Source: a virus
Taxonomy: Duplodnaviria; Heunggongvirae; Uroviricota; Caudoviricetes
Virus record (IMG/VR): IMGVR_UViG_3300014204_013127
DNA: 64,000 nt
Reading direction: 5' to 3' (one strand)
Position numbers and translations under genes: made by a program. Of this stretch, positions 63,601 through 64,000 are shown piece by piece (position 1 is the first letter of the stretch; each line of letters starts with the position of its first letter). The notes below the pieces were generated by a model. That model did not search any database. It saw only the letters and a program-made list of their open reading frames with translations, and had not been told where the DNA came from.

Positions 63601-64000
63601 GGATTGGAAGAACACACCACTGAAAAATGGACATTGCAATATGAGTGGAATTGCACAAGTGTCATAGGAGATGTCAGCATAGCTGATTGGACTTGGCAAT
63701 ATGTGCTAACAGCACACAGGTTGCAGAATTTGCTTGGTACAACCAAGAACACATCAGCGAAATTGAGAGTAAATTTTGCGATCAATCCGTATTGCAACAA
63801 AACATTACAATTTGGAATAAAGTTTGAATTCTTCTATTATGGTGGTGGAACAGCCATCAATCCTATTACCGGAGAAGCAGCAGTAGACGCACAACTAGTA
63901 GATAATATAGGCTTGTTTGATGCTTCTGCTTGGGAGGGTAATACCGCCCTTAGGATTTATATTGGTAGCCAAATAGTCAATCTATCGATTCCGTCAATTC
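60628..64000 (+). CDS. giant Ser-rich fibre/adhesin-like structural protein (3' partial; continues beyond the window)
   Basis: Hand translation from the ATG at 60628 (overlapping the phoH stop, TAATG) runs with no stop to position 64000 (over 1120 aa). It contains a poly-Ser tract from (caagct)10, a second Ser-rich linker (61897-62047), a (GGT)7 Gly tract and Thr/Gly/Ser-rich beta-rich repeats. It is absent from the ORF track only because it has no stop codon in the window. Confidence 0.55.
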   Translation, partial: MFDSVLSKMMFTSSSSSSSSSSSSSSSSSSSSETSDYSYVATGAIYIKTNPFDPTGLEAVYFPTLQVYWDVPGIASRSIDFYWDGYGKNVHNNDPVLFWWRVESEVVENLETVYIDNCGPSVTCCDGTVPSTSSGGHSSSTSGSSSSRSSSSSSSSSQSYVNLYYYRHAFSISDWVSSGGMYEITFVHNLHSNGVVVEIWDETTSPATLVDVQSVEHIDSDTIRIKIPLAPPDYRFNGFIVILGGVESPHLLFAEELPLDVDVSFVDSNISKETTDGEVVNLGLIPPEALRSFLYGPDGQECSGLNPYEHIRVLGASGHVSPQPNCMGDYYCSGKYGKGLTYTRDDGAFVFWYDPEICKWNLSTQVGIHANPEWRDPGYGIGICDSTQPPYFPWIPFGNYYDPMPGTIGNPLPTIVADYPPIPSSSSSKLSSSSSSSSSSSKNSSSSSNYLSLNFLQSSSSSSKSSSSSSTSSSGGGGGGGFPGTVWGPVCTGTCGMYYIRYLTAANIQDVCTKLKKIQADRPLLYWRVKSIKKYLKPLDSKNDVILGQTGPWIVCEDQVGWQTVPECLEFTLSTGLGAGTVTTTTSVDTAVAPIFHRPVGYTIPPASITTTSIAVAPNVSGGIKTFFLTVDIVESVVKIEIGGTSPAQWCLPPGAFSNAFSLEFDSSGVCELIGGILITGTSPVISSHYDCVASGSLSIDGLSLLACSAWEAVANGTVLITGMSSVVSPVWEWEASGGLGLSGVSSEKATYIHLAEGVVALIGSANSNIVTMDYLYTSSGELEIKGTSLAYPVPYVVVPTPFSLGGSAIVVSSAWAATASGTITLEGGYFGTFTHVSAGSLVIGGNSLLDIRAEGGITIGGTSLVISSAYTWHALGEIDVEGLSETDCSYKGEFDTFGGADVAIVEAPKYPDSDLYNSQPIIWLPQENVSTSCECQPIPQILYMQHDFNRLSKLKFFLLKNNLVFPNVVNLLYGGNFDPYWRGTSHFAGVGLEEHTTEKWTLQYEWNCTSVIGDVSIADWTWQYVLTAHRLQNLLGTTKNTSAKLRVNFAINPYCNKTLQFGIKFEFFYYGGGTAINPITGEAAVDAQLVDNIGLFDASAWEGNTALRIYIGSQIVNLSIPSI
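60662..60721 (+). repeat. hexanucleotide microsatellite (caagct)x10 inside the fibre gene, encoding about 20 consecutive Ser
   Basis: Direct reading of the sequence. The unit is a multiple of 3, so copy-number changes keep the frame. Confidence 0.7.
61897..62070 (+). repeat. imperfect agttca/agtagc Ser-codon repeats ending in (ggt)7
   Basis: Encodes SSSSKLSSSSSSSSSSKNSSSSSNYLSLNFLQSSSSSSKSSSSSSTSSSGGGGGGG. Confidence 0.6.

Overview
This 64-kb window looks like a slice of a large (jumbo/huge-type) bacteriophage genome, or a similar mobile genome. It is AT-rich and almost fully coding, mostly on the + strand, with many small lineage-specific ORFs. Phage-like content includes two free-standing HNH endonucleases, PhoH, dUTPase, dCMP deaminase, a split DnaE polymerase, beta-helix/fibre-like structural proteins, and a giant Ser-rich fibre protein that runs off the 3' edge. 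Intergenic regions carry near-consensus sigma70-type promoters (TTGACA-17-TATAAT variants) and AGGAG-type ribosome-binding sites. That points to a proteobacterial-type host rather than Bacteroidetes. The unusual cargo falls into five groups. First, a translation/proteostasis set: a one-piece tmRNA with tag ANDYVALAA, ribosomal protein S21, IF3, peptide deformylase, a truncated GluRS/GluQ-RS-like enzyme, GroES-like and DnaJ. Second, the bacterial starvation/sporulation triad PrkA(YeaG)-YeaH(DUF444)-SpoVR(YcgB). Third, bifunctional HldE (ADP-heptose synthesis) plus two GT9 heptosyltransferase-like genes. Fourth, a roughly 14-kb accessory island (27.4-41.3 kb) with three radical-SAM/SPASM enzymes, two small Cys-rich candidate precursor peptides, at least five DXD-type glycosyltransferase-like genes, a SAM methyltransferase, a SLOG-domain protein and an adenylate-forming enzyme. 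Fifth, that island lies inside the ~20.6 kb gap between the two dnaE fragments, and the C-terminal dnaE fragment (36.1-38.7 kb) sits within it. All calls rest on reading the ORF translations, motifs and the raw sequence; no database search was possible. The ORF track treats TTG/GTG as start codons, so several 5' ends are uncertain.
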